Assembly: GCA_031835245.2 (NCBI GenBank)
Contig: JAVKOQ020000007.1
Coordinates: forward strand, 1-64,000
Source of the DNA: Balamuthia mandrillaris
Taxonomy: Eukaryota
Reading direction: 5' to 3'
Length of the DNA: 64,000 bases
Shown here in pieces: positions 13,621-24,850 of this stretch. Every line of letters begins with the position of its first letter. Within the stretch, counting starts at the first letter, position 1. The translations under genes and the position numbers were made by a program. A model generated the notes under the pieces. The model was not told where the DNA came from. It saw only the letters and a list, made by a program, of their open reading frames with translations, and searched no databases.

Positions 13621-13828
13621 TCTCTCCTCTCTCTCTCTTCTCTTCTCTCCTCTCTCTCTTGTGTTGACTGACTTTTTTGAAAACAAAACAAAAATCTACA
13701 GATACAACACAATGCAAAAGTATTGGGAGGACGATGCGGCAACGAAGCAGGTGCTTGGTGCTGATGGATGGCTCGACACAGGGCTTCCCGCGAGCATGTC
13801 TGCCTCTGGTGACTTTACTCTCGCCTAA
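11083..13828 (+). CDS. AMP-binding/acyl-CoA-synthetase-like protein, probably mitochondrial and catalytically degenerate
   Basis: Arg-rich presequence MLRTLVRQKARF; GDCVGLMLP, AHGTTEAG, SAGKLLPHVE, GKLYVKG, YWEDDAAT..DGWLDTG. The P-loop is degenerate and the C-terminal subdomain is missing. Confidence 0.75.
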
Positions 13829-14315
13829 GAGACGAGCAAAAGAAAAGAATGTTTGGAACGATAAGAATGATGTCGACATCATTTCCTCCCACAATAAAAA
13901 GTCGGGGAACGCAAATTATAAATAAGCCAACTCCTGAGGAGTGAAAAATTTAGCCTGTCCTTATCTGGGATCGAGTGATGTGCGTTGATGATCGTAAAGA
14001 GATGATGCACATTTGCTGACACCCAAACAAACCATTTCACAACGACACGGAGAAAATTGGAGCCGAAAATATTTTTTTTTTGGTTCCTTTTTCTCTTGTT
14101 TTCCGCTTTTTTTGGACCAGGGGAGCTGCGCATCCATCCTGCTTGCACTACTTTTGCGAGTTGGGATGGATGGAGTTCCCCGCTTTAAAGACTCAACAGA
14201 AAGAACAAACGGTTCGAAGCAGAAAAGACTTGTTCCTTCGTTCAAGCCATCCTTTCTTCCTTCTTCCCAGCAAAGAGATGGGGAATAAACGAAAAACAAA
14301 ATGCGTTGTATTTAG

Positions 14316-17300
14316 TTAGTTTACTACACTGGTTGTTATCACAGCAGCAGGTGAAGCCGGTTCGAATACGGGTGGCTGCCCGGTTTCCTCCTCCTCGTCT
14401 CCCTGCTTGTTGTTGTCAGCAACGGAGTTGATGGAAGCCACAAACAAGTCCAACACAGCAACACAACAAATGGCAACCAAGAGCACCGCCACCAATATGA
14501 CCAGCTTATAGCGCAGCATCAAGACCGGACCCCAGGAGAAGGCCGCCACTGAGCCGATGGACTGCCACAGCTTCAAGTTGGAGAAGGCCGCCTCCGCTTT
14601 GTCCGAGAAGAACACACCCATCATGATCGGGCCAAAGAGGTTGAAGCAGCTGTCGCCGGCGCCGAGAAAGGCAGCGCTGATGAAGAGAGTGTAGAGGTGA
14701 GAGCCAAAGAAATCCCAATCCTTGAACTCGGGTAAAACGAGGTAGAAGGCGCAAAAGACGAGATGGCAGAGGACGCCAACTGCCAGCACCACTCGTTTCC
14801 CCAGGCGGTCGGCTACCTTGCCGATGACCACGCTGCCAAGGGCGTCAAAGAGGCCATATACGGAGAGGATGTATCCTATCCATTCTTTCCCTTTGGATTC
14901 CTTTACAATGTCTTATGAATGCAAATGTTAGTCACAGTCACTCAAGCAAACTAGAAGAGGAGACAAGGGAAAGAAGAAGAAGAACAAGAAGAAGAACAAG
15001 CAGAAGAAGAAGAACAAGCAGAAGAAGAAGAACAAGAACAATAGGACAAGAACTCGTTTAGTACCTGACGTAAAGTCTCCAAAAGTGAAGCCTTGTTCTA
15101 AGCCAGTGTAAATAAGGATGGGGATTAATAGCAACATTCGCACGTCCCGCAGCAGCAAAAAGGCTTGGGCAACATTGTTCAGCGTTCTCATAATGAACGA
15201 CCCTTGTGCTGGTATCTTTTTTACAGGTCTAGGCGTGTTCCTTTGATGCATCCTTAGTTGTTTGTACTTTTCCTAAACGCTTGAAACAGAAGAAACAATG
15301 GAGGGATAGGGAAAAAGAACGCAAATAACAAAGAAAGAGAGAAGGATACCCTTCGCCTTCGCTGTCGCTTACAATTTCTTCATAGGCCAGCTCGTTTGCC
15401 TTCTTCTCTCTTCCCAAAAGGAGAAATACAGCGATGCCAAACGCAGCTACACCGATGAAGCAGTAGAACAAAATGTCGATGGCTCTTTCTTGATCGCTGC
15501 CACCATACATCAATATCAAGCTGCCTATCAAGTTGCCCAACACTTGTGTCAACTGTTGTAACAAAGAAGAAAGTCAGTTTTCATTCTCCTTTTAGTCGCT
15601 ACTGTCACTCCTATTTGTTTAAAAAAATGTTCTTTGTGTTTCGTTCAAACCATGAAAATGCCAAAGAAAATGCCGTTGAACAAACCCATTGCTGACTTGG
15701 TGGGCTCATTTCTGGCTGCCGCATAGTTCACTCCAGCACTCGTTAGATATGCTCCTGAACGTTGTTTTAAAAAATCAAATCCCAAAAATGCGGAAAAATA
15801 GGACTCTGCCACGCAAGAGCACTGAATTGATTGACAGTCAGGAGAGGGAACAGGTCCTACGTCGATGGGTGGATCTGGCCATGAAGGAACGTCTTAGACT
15901 GGGGACCCTAAACGGTAATCGTTCGTGGAAGCCCGCTTTGCAAGCTGTGCAAAAAGAGACAAAGATCCCCGAGTGTTTTGTCAAAGGGGACAAGCTAAAT
16001 CAGTTTCTGGAGGAAGCGTTCAAGTTTGCGGTGGAAAAGTATGGGCACCTGAACACTACCACAGTCAAGATTCCTTCTCCCAGGGTGAACCAAAAGGAGG
16101 AGGACGACAGAGGGGCAGAGGATCAGTGTAACTCGGTAGCGGATTCGCCCCGCCGAGAGGAAGGGACAAGTGTTGTGCCCAAGGGGAAGATTGATTCGGA
16201 CTCAGTCAGTGCAGACGGCGTTAAGGAGCGAACCAATAGTCAAGTGGCGCTGCTGTTTGATTGTATTAGCCGTGTTTCTCACGAGTGTGGTAAGCTCTCC
16301 GAGGCAGGCGTACTCTCACTCGCAGTGATTGTACGATTCAGGGACCTGATTGAATCCCTCGACAAGGAGATCAATAATCTTATGGTGGAAAAGGAAGTGC
16401 AAATAGTACCAAAGGCGGCCTTACTCTGGGTTCCCAACGGTCTTACGCGGAGGTGGTCGGATCAGCTCCGCGGTGTGATATGATTACTGCGGAAAGGAAT
16501 TTCCCTCCAACGGCAACTACGGTCAGCGCGCCAAGCTTGGAATACTGGAAGGAAGAAATGGCAAAGGAACAAGGGATATGTTGGCAGGATAACTCCAACA
16601 TATACAGGAGGACGTGGACCAAAGATACAGTAACCGACCCGAACTATTGGTCTACAGTAAAACCAAAGTATGGCTTTGCCAGTCCCTACTCCAAGGTAGG
16701 GGCGGTGGAGGGCAGATCGATTGGGGTGAGCGGTAAGGACCTTAAGAAGGAAAAGGTAAGTGAGAGGATCTTCGAGCTGGGGCTCAAGCACGTCGGAGTG
16801 TGGAAAGTAGGAGAGAAGAATGGCACGCAGCATTGGGGAGTTACTTTGGAGACGGCCCAGGCTGCCGAAGACATTATTGCGGAAAGAGCCAGGCTGTATG
16901 GTTTTACCCGCTGGTGGGTGGGCAAAGCCCGAATTGAAGAAGCCAAGAATGAAGGTAAACCGCTGTGGAAGCCTAAAGAGCAAAGAAAGATGGAGAAGAA
17001 GAAGGAAAAGGAGGAGAATGTTGGAACAGTGGCCTTGGACAGCTCTTTGGAACTCTCAGGCATCGCGCTGGCTGAGGAGGAGTATCATGGTGCTGCCAAC
17101 TGGTCTGACATTGTGGAGGAGGAAGGAGAGGAGACCCAATGACTTCAGTAGCGTTTGTCAACTCTAGGGGCTGGGGACAAGAGGAATTGGTCAGCTGTTG
17201 GGCTGACAGTAAGCAATTTGACATTATTGGAGTGTGCGAACATAGGAGGATGGTTGCCCCTCGATTGGTGGGGTATCGGTGGATGGGTGGAGGGGCTGCT

Positions 17301-20300
17301 CCAGGGAGGAGTGGCTATGGAAGGGGTGGCGCAGGTTTCTTTGTTCGAGAGGGCTTCAAGGGGAACATCGGAGAAAGGAAAGAGTGGCGAACACCCAACT
17401 CCACTTGGGTGGAACTGGCGGGACAGGGTTGCATCTTTATAATCGGTATAGTGTATCTCCCTCCAGGAGGTACCGTGGACAACTTTAAGGTCACCTTGGC
17501 TGCGATTGAGAAAAGAATCCTGGACGTGGGCAAGGAAGGAAGACCCCTGATTATTGGAGGTGATTGGAACGCCAGGGTTGGAAAGGGATGGAATGGTAGA
17601 GGTGAATCTACTTACAACACGAGAGGAAAGGTGTTGGTGGAGGCTTTCAAAAGGCTGGCCCTCTCGTTGCCTCAGCTCGAAGAGGAAGCGCCAGTATTTA
17701 CATGGAGAGCGGGAAAACGAAAGAGCATTGTGGACTATGTGGTAGCATGGAGATGGACGGGCAAGGTAGTTGGTGACAGATGGCAAGCTTGGACCGATCA
17801 TCGACCACTGGTAGTCGAGTTGAAGGACCCAGCAGATAATTGTGGCGGGGTTTGGATGGAACGATGGAAGTGGAAGTCCTACTCGGAGGAAGATCGCAAG
17901 AGGAGGTGGAGGGAGTACAAACGCGGGTGCAAGCGTTTCTTCAAAGGAGAGGAATGGAAGGCCATGGTCAAGAAAACACGGGAGGGAACAGCTACTGTTG
18001 AAGATCTTTGGAGCAAGTGGAAAAAAGGATTGTGGGATTGTGCAATGAGATGGTTTGGTAGAGAAAGGAGACTGATAGGAGCAACAACGAGCAGGGCAAG
18101 GAAGCCATGGTGGACAGCAGAGTTAACATCCTTGAACAAGCAGGTAGTGATAGCCCATGCTCAGTGGCTAAGAGAAGGAAAGAATGATGGAAAGGCCAGA
18201 GAGGAATTTGTGGAACTCAGGAAAAGGTTTGTGAAGTTGTGGAGAGCCAACAAATGGGACTGGATGAAGTGGAAAAGACAAGAGAACATCAAGGAAATGC
18301 AGAAATGGATCGGCAACATGTGGAGGATAGTGGCAAAGCGTAGAGCAGAGCCCAAAGCAGTTAGGGAGCACCACGGTAGCACGGCAGCCTTCAAGGAACA
18401 TTGGGCAAAGCTGGGAAGGAAGGATTCTTCCATTGGGAGCTTGCATCGAGAGGAAGCAGGTCCAGAAGGACTGCCTTGGTCTGGTAGTAACTGGCTTAAG
18501 AAGGAGAGTTTTAATCTTGCATGGAGGAAAAGATTGAGGGTGGGCAAAGCAGCTGGGGTGGACAATATTGATGGGGAAATGATGAAGTATGGAGGCAAAC
18601 ATGTGCAAGATGCAACTTGGCCGCTGATCAAGGTCATTGAGAACCAAGGCATATTCCCCAAGGAGTGGAAACAGGGGGTGGTTATTCCCTTGCATAAGGC
18701 AGGAGATCCCCAGAATCCAGCAAACTATAGAGGTATTACTCTCCTATGCAATGCAGCCAAGGTGTTTGAAGGAGCTATCTTGGTACAATTGAACATACAA
18801 GCAAGAGAGCAAGGGTGGATAAGTAATTGCCAGGGTGGATTTAGAAAAGGAAGGGGAGTCATGGATCAGGTGTGGCGGTTGAAGAAATGCCTGATGAAGA
18901 GAAGCAAAGAACGTACCTATATTGCTCTGTTGGATATCAGCAAGGCATATGACATGCTTGACCATGACATACTGGCAAGGACATTACGCAAAAGAGGAGC
19001 AGAAGAGGCAGCAGTGGGTATCATTACAGAGGGGTACCATGGTATGACGAGTGTTATTCGCATGAATGGGCAGCTTTCAGAGGAATTTCTGGTGGAAAGA
19101 GGAGTTAAGCAAGGAGGAGTTTTGTCTCCATTCTTGTTCAATGTATACATTGATGTGGTGGCAAGAAAGCTACAAGCTGCAGAGGAGAAGGAAAGAGGAG
19201 ATAAAGCAAGGAATGTTTGCTTGTTGTTTGCAGATGACTTGGCAGTGGTGGCCAGCGACCCATTTGAGCTTCAGAGAAGATTGAATGTAGCAGTGGAGGC
19301 AGTGAATGCTCTGGGACTTCAGTTCAATGCAAAGAAATCAGTGGTGCTAGTACAAGGAAAGAAGGCTCATTTTCAAGAGTGGAGACTGAAGGGGGAGGCT
19401 GTGAAACGGGTGAAGGAGGCCAAGTACCTGGGACTGTGGTTTGAAGAAAGTGGGGAATGGACAACTCATGCCAAGGAGAGGATCACCAAGGCCAAGCAAG
19501 CCCTCTACAGCCTTAGGCAGCGGGGAGCCATTGCCCAAGGCCTTGGTACACGCACTGCCCAGATTGCTGCAGAGGCTATTGTCAAGTCTACCTTGTCATA
19601 TGGATTATGTATGACAGAGCTTTCCAAATAATGGTGGAAGAAGATCGAAGCAGTGTGGAATGAGACAGCAAGAAGTGTATTGCAAGTTCATCGAAGGACT
19701 GTGGCGGGGGTTTGTAGAGCAGAATTGGGCTGGTTGACCATCAAGGCCTACTGTGAGTTGGAAAGACAAGCAGTAATTCATCATGCTGAGAGGCAAGATG
19801 GCCACTTTGAGCTACTTGAAGAGGTAAGCCAAGCAAGTGAAGAGGAAGGGGAGAAGAATGAAGGTGAGGGAGGTGACGGAACGACAGTTGTTGAAAAGAA
19901 AGCCAAGAGGATGAGGGCCTTAACTCGAGTAGCCAAGATGGAGTATGCAGCTGAAGGAGAAAGAGGAACAAGAGCATGGCTATGGCATAACTTCTTGACA
20001 AATGGAAGATGTTTGGTTGGACAACAACGGAGCTTAGTGATTACCAACCCAAGGAAAGAACGTTTGATGAATGCTATTCGCTGTGGTGGACTGCCTATTG
20101 GAAAAAAGTGGGGATCCATTCAGCAGTCTGAGGTGGATAGCAAGTGCCCTGCATGTGATGCTGAGGAAGAAACAGCAGAACACTTCCTGTTAAGGTGTCC
20201 TAACCTTTGGGAAGATCGCTTTAGAATCTGGAGTGTGGACAATGGAAGTGAAGAACAAGTCAGAAAGCTGATTATTGAAGACTGTACAACAAAGCTCCTG

Positions 20301-21435
20301 TCAAGTGGAAAGAAATGTAACAGAGCTCAAGAGATGGAACAATGTAAGCAAAGTTGTAAACGAGTCTGGAGATTATGGGCAGCAAGAGCAAGTTGGAAGC
20401 ATGGAAGTTCTTCTGCATTTTATCAGTCTTTGGAAGTAATGTAAGCAAGGAAAAGAGGAAAAAGGAAAGGGAAAGAAAAGGATAGCTAGATGATACAAAG
20501 TTGGTCTGAAATCTCATTCAACACCTTTCACTTGTGAATTGAGTAACAATTGGGAAGGCATTGAGGATGAGGGAGTAAGAAAAGTAAGAGTACACTATGT
20601 ATGTACAAGGCTTACTTTTTATGTATAGATTGGTGTTGCTCTCAGAGCAAATAAACTTTTTATTACTACTACTAAAAAAATCAAATGTTCAATCCATATT
20701 CGAAAAAAAGTGAAGCAAACACTGAGAGAACAAGAGAAGCAGAGACGCAGAACGAAACAACAGAACACGAAAGAAAAGGAGAGAAGAGAGGAGAGAGGAG
20801 AGAGGAGAGAGGAGAGAGGAGAGAAGAGAGAGGAGAGAGCAGAGAGCAGAGAGCAGAGAGGAGAGAGCAGAGAGGAGAGAGCAGAGAGGAGAGAGCAGAG
20901 AGAGCAGAGAAGAGATAACAAGAAAGAGGAGCAAATCAAACCCTGTCCCGTCCAAATAACGCCAGCACCAATGCCCAGAATAACGGCAGCCGGAATGAGC
21001 GTCCACCAACGCGGATGCAAGTTGGCTATCAGGAAGAGCAAATAGCCGAGGGCGCCAAAGATCATGGCCCACTTGGGCTTGAGCAGCTCCACCACGGGCG
21101 TGGCCACCAGCAGAGAGGACACGCAGAAGCTGGCATAGATGGTGGCCAAGCTCCAGTAGCCCAGTTTTTCTGGCACGATGCTGCTCAAAAGGTTTTGGGT
21201 AGTGCTGAAAGAAAAGTAAGTTTTCCGGTTGAGTGAAGCGAAAAAAGATTGATGAAGAAGGGATGGCTTACCCATAGGCGAAGAAGAGACCAAAGAAGCC
21301 GAGGCTGAGCAACAGCACGTTGATGACGTGCCGCGTTCCGATCCCAAACAACGCGCCCCTTCCTTTCCGCGGGGTATCCCGCCAGCTGCTCGTTGCCGCC
21401 GAGGAGAACACCTCTCCTCTGGTTTCGTGCTCCAT
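14316..21435 (-). CDS. UNC-93-like MFS membrane protein, multi-exon; intron 2 (15755-20941) contains a LINE
   Basis: Exon 1 MEHETRGEV..NVLLLSLGFFGLFFAY; exon 2 STTQNL..LGIGAGVIWTGQ; exon 3 (15754-15651) GAYLTSAG..GLFNGIFFGIFM; later LLLIPILIYTGLEQGF and AAFSNLKLWQSIG. Confidence 0.88.
15788..16483 (+). CDS. LINE ORF1a (231 aa), unknown fold with a predicted helical C-terminal segment
   Basis: Open from ATG 15788, 7 nt inside the element. Its TGA overlaps the next ATG (ATGA 16480-16483). Confidence 0.6.
   Translation: MRKNRTLPRKSTELIDSQEREQVLRRWVDLAMKERLRLGTLNGNRSWKPALQAVQKETKIPECFVKGDKLNQFLEEAFKFAVEKYGHLNTTTVKIPSPRVNQKEEDDRGAEDQCNSVADSPRREEGTSVVPKGKIDSDSVSADGVKERTNSQVALLFDCISRVSHECGKLSEAGVLSLAVIVRFRDLIESLDKEINNLMVEKEVQIVPKAALLWVPNGLTRRWSDQLRGVI
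16480..17142 (+). CDS. LINE ORF1b (220 aa), possible RRM-like ORF1 protein
   Basis: An RRM-like pattern (RSIGVSG..WGVTLETAQAAEDII) followed by basic and acidic tails. ATGA overlaps at both ends. Confidence 0.6.
   Translation: MITAERNFPPTATTVSAPSLEYWKEEMAKEQGICWQDNSNIYRRTWTKDTVTDPNYWSTVKPKYGFASPYSKVGAVEGRSIGVSGKDLKKEKVSERIFELGLKHVGVWKVGEKNGTQHWGVTLETAQAAEDIIAERARLYGFTRWWVGKARIEEAKNEGKPLWKPKEQRKMEKKKEKEENVGTVALDSSLELSGIALAEEEYHGAANWSDIVEEEGEETQ
17139..20444 (+). pseudogene. LINE ORF2 (APE endonuclease-reverse transcriptase-CCHC), interrupted by one in-frame TAA at 19629-19631
   Basis: APE: IIGVCE, IGGDWNA, IVDYV, TDHRPL. RT: NYRGITL, QGGFR, LDISKAYD, GVKQGGVLSP, LFADD, KYLG. The same frame continues past the TAA to CPAC..ETAEHFLLRC. 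Confidence 0.92.
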
Positions 21436-22051
21436 CTACGACCCACCGTGCGTTTCTTCTTCCCCAATTCTTTTTTCTTCCTCTTTCTTGGTCTATTTTG
21501 CGTTTCATTTATGAGGGGACACCCCTTTTTCCTCGTGCTCAAGCGACCACAAGCTGACGTCCGATTGACCTCCGTTCTGTCCGCAAAAATGTTCGGAATG
21601 CATGCAATGTGGACTATGGTGAAGTCGACATCAAGTAATTGTTGTGGACAGACAGGAGAGCAGACAATACAGTTGTTGTGGACAGACAAGAGAGCGGGAA
21701 AAATAATTACAAGAAGAAAAGATGGAAAGAAGCGGAGGAGGAGGAGGAGGCAAAGCGTTGCGGCTGGAAAGTGCCGACGGCGAGATCTTTGACGTGCCGG
21801 AGGAAGTGGCCATGTGCAGTCGTACCGTCAAACACATGCTCACCGATTTAGAGGACGTCGGCCCGGAGAGCATGCCTCACTGCGAGGATGAGGAGGACGA
21901 GACGGCCCCCATCTTCCTCCCCAACGTTCCCTCTTCCATTCTCTCTCTGGTCATCGAATACTGCGGTTGGCTTGTCACCTCCGAGTTCTACCAAACGAAC
22001 AAGAGGAAGACGAAGAAAAAAACAGAGCACGAGTCCAAACAGAAAGAAAAG

Positions 22052-24850
22052 CGAATCGGGTAAACGTCCCACCCCAAAACGCTAAAAGTCCCACCCCTTC
22101 GGTAAACGTCCCACCCCTCAGGTAATTTACCCACCCTAATATGTATTTATAACAACCTATTATTTTTGTGCTATTTTGCCACCAAAGCGTGCGCTGGCCA
22201 TTATTTTAGAGAGTGGAGAAAAGGGATCAGAAAAATCAAAAATTTATTTTTTAGGGGGCTTTTTTTTTTCGTTTTGTTCTTTTGGCCAGTCTTTTCTTTG
22301 TCACGCTGGGCACCTTTTCTTCGTTCTGTTCTTTTTTTGAGGAGAGAGGAGCTTCACGACCTGTGTTTTCTGGTACCGTGGGTTGGGCTTCAGTTGTCGT
22401 TTTGGAGAGAGAGGCTTCCTTTTGTCCACTCGGGGATCCTGGTAGTTCACCACGGGTGCGACGCCATAGATCTCTTCCGTTTTACAGTTCTTTTGCCATT
22501 GAGAGGTACGCTTTGCTTTGCACTCTTCAAAAATGACAAAAATCAACTTCAGAAAAAGAATCTGCTTGATACAAAAAGTGACAAACATACCACTTTGCGT
22601 TTTTGTTTTTTGATTTTGTTGTTTTTTTGGTGCAGCCGCCGCCACCGCCGCTGCCGTTTTCTTTGTTGTTTCAGGTTTTGTTAAATTTGATTGAAAGGTA
22701 CGTTCGGTTTCTGGTGTTTGTGTGAGGTGTTAGCTAAAAGTAGGAAAGGAGGGAGAGATTTTGTTTAAAAAAAAGAGATACTAACTTAATTCAAGCAAAC
22801 ATTCTTCTGTGAGTCGCAGGTTGGTTGCTACTTTCGGCCGCTTTGTTGTATTGCGCGGCCTCCCAGGTGATGACTTCCCTGTAGCATATGCGATTGCTTG
22901 TTCTGCTTCTTCCTTGCTAGAGTACTCGATTTTTGGCTCCACTGGATGTTGATGCTTTGTTCCTTGATTTTTGTTTGCATTCAGTTTGTCTTTCTCCTTT
23001 TCCTTCTCCTCCTCCTCCTTCTCCTCCTTCTCCTCCTTCTCTTCTTTCTTATTGTTGTGTTCTTCTCCTTCAGAAGTTTCTTCCTCAAGATCTCCGCCGT
23101 CGTCCTCACCAAGTTCATCCATCGATGGCTCCTCCAACAGTAGCAGCGCCTGCTGTTCCTCGTCCTGTTCATCTCCCTCCTCTCCTTCCACATCTTCATC
23201 ATCAAGGGTAACAGGCGCTACACGTTGCTCCAGGGAGGCAGTATCATCTGCTTCAACGATGTCATCTTCAACTATTCTTGCCACTTGTGAGGTGCTGCTG
23301 TTGGTGCGTCTTGTTTGTCTTTTCAGCCCAAGCTCTAAAAGGTTCTGATCTGAAAATGTTTTCTGTAGATGAGCAGCAAGTCCAAAAACGTGTTTGCACC
23401 TCCTACCATAAAACCGAAAGTAAGGACAGGTGCATGAAGGCAATTCTATAGTCACGTCGTACTCATTCCATTTGAAAACGCCGTCAGCAAGCTCTACAAA
23501 ATGTGCGTTCAATCCTTCTTCTACCTCTTTTTCCTCTCTGTCGTTGTTGTTGTCATCGTTTTTGCTGCCATTCTCTATTTCTTCTTTTTCTTTCTGTTTC
23601 TCACTCTGTTGGTGCTGTGCCAGCCGCAATCCCTCTTGATATCTCCTCCAAAGCCGGCAAACACCAAGGCTTGGGCGTTGCTGTAGTACATCGATGCGGT
23701 TGAGCTCCACATTGTAGCGGCGAAACACATTGTCTGCTAGCGTTAAGACCAAGTTGTGATCCCCTTTGGTGCCTTTGCAGTGGAAATCACGAAGAATGCT
23801 ACGAAAGATCGGCTCTGTTGCATTGTTGGTATTCCACAAGCCCTCTCGGTACCCAGGACGATCAATGCTTTTCCACGTTGATGCCCATGGAGGAGAAAGC
23901 CAGTTCTTGTCAAAGTACTGCCAAAAACGGGTAATCCTCTTTTTTTGGCAATAGTTCTTCAACACTTTTGTTGCTTCTTCCTCTGCATCTTCTGTCATGG
24001 CATGTTGCAGTCTTTTTAACAAACCCAATACACTTCCATCATCCTTCCCTTGTTGTTTGGTATTATTGTTAGTTTCTACTTGTATGAGCAACAACGAGAG
24101 GGAGAGAGCAGATGCATGAAAGAGAGAGAACAAACCATACTGCGCAACTTTTTTTCTCCACAGTTGTTGTGCATGAAAGTCACACAACACCACCTGAAAG
24201 CCAGCACTTGTCGCCCCGTTACGCTCCACCTTGGCTTTGTCGATCATTACGAAGGGTTGCCACGTAGGTTTTGGGGAGTAGATCGTTGTCGTCTGTGTCT
24301 CAAAAAAGTGACGAACAGACGAAAGGAAAAAGCGCACAACTGCTGCTCGTTCCTTGCTAGCAACAGCGAAGGCAACAGGCCAGCTCCGTCCCAAGTCATC
24401 TTGCACCACCAGTGCCCAAACGGGGGGATGTGACTTGGATAGCTTGTAGATGCTGTCCAGGCCGACTACATCCTTACCCCATCGCTGAAGCACAGTGACT
24501 GCATAAGGCGCGATCAGAAAAATCATCCATGGCCGACGGGCCGCCGTGCGATCAAGGATGTACGTTTCACGGCTCTCCAAAGGTGGGAAAAGGATAGTAG
24601 AAGCCAGTTCTGGCCGATTCAAGGCCTCTTGGAGGGCTTCTGCGCTGGTTTGCCCTTTCTTGCCGATTCGCAGTTTTTTCCTTCCGTTGTGGATTACAGT
24701 GGCAATCTCCTGCACAGTGGGTACATCCCGAGCATCCTTGACCAGCTCACAAGCGCCCCCCAGCAACATTCGTTGCAGCTCGTGCGCCGTCATTGCTCCT
24801 CCTCTCCCATTCATTCCGTCTTCTTTTGTTCCTTGCCCATCCATCTGGCG
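22052..24850 (-). mobile_element. Mutator-like DNA transposon (MULE), apparently lacking one terminus
   Basis: Flanked by the 10-bp direct repeat GAAAGAAAAG (22042-22051 and 24851-24860). Repeated GTCCCACCCC-type motifs at 22058-22137. Contains a transposase. Confidence 0.88.
22301..24844 (-). CDS. MULE transposase with SWIM zinc finger; intron-containing, N-terminus probably truncated, 3' exons uncertain
   Basis: VGLDSIYK (D1), VMIDK (D2), LCDFH (CxxH), TNNATE (E), CTCPYFRFYGRRCKH (SWIM) and an AT-hook-like PGRPR. A probable in-frame intron lies at ~24050-24136. Confidence 0.85.

Larger units (their letters stand above)
15781..20674 (+). mobile_element. Non-LTR retrotransposon (APE-RT LINE), ~4.9 kb, antisense within the UNC-93 intron
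   Basis: 12-bp TSD AAAAAATCAAAT at 15769-15780 and 20675-20686. AATAAA at 20650 is followed by a short (TAC)n tail. ORF2 encodes APE, RT and a CCHC knuckle. Confidence 0.93.

Noticed and set aside
13970..14022. Possible C/D-box snoRNA (TGATGA..CTGA)
   Set aside because: The boxes are only ~25 nt apart, with no terminal stem or recognisable rRNA guide.
15689..15787. Upstream extension of LINE ORF1a in the ORF track
   Set aside because: It lies outside the TSD and is the antisense of UNC-93 exon 3.
19629..19633. TAATG as a third stop/start overlap in the LINE
   Set aside because: That ATG opens only 10 codons. The CCHC region is in the original ORF2 frame, so the TAA is better read as a nonsense change.
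22058..22137. CRISPR-like reading of short spaced repeats (also 33909-33968)
   Set aside because: Eukaryotic context, repeats and spacers too short, and no cas genes.
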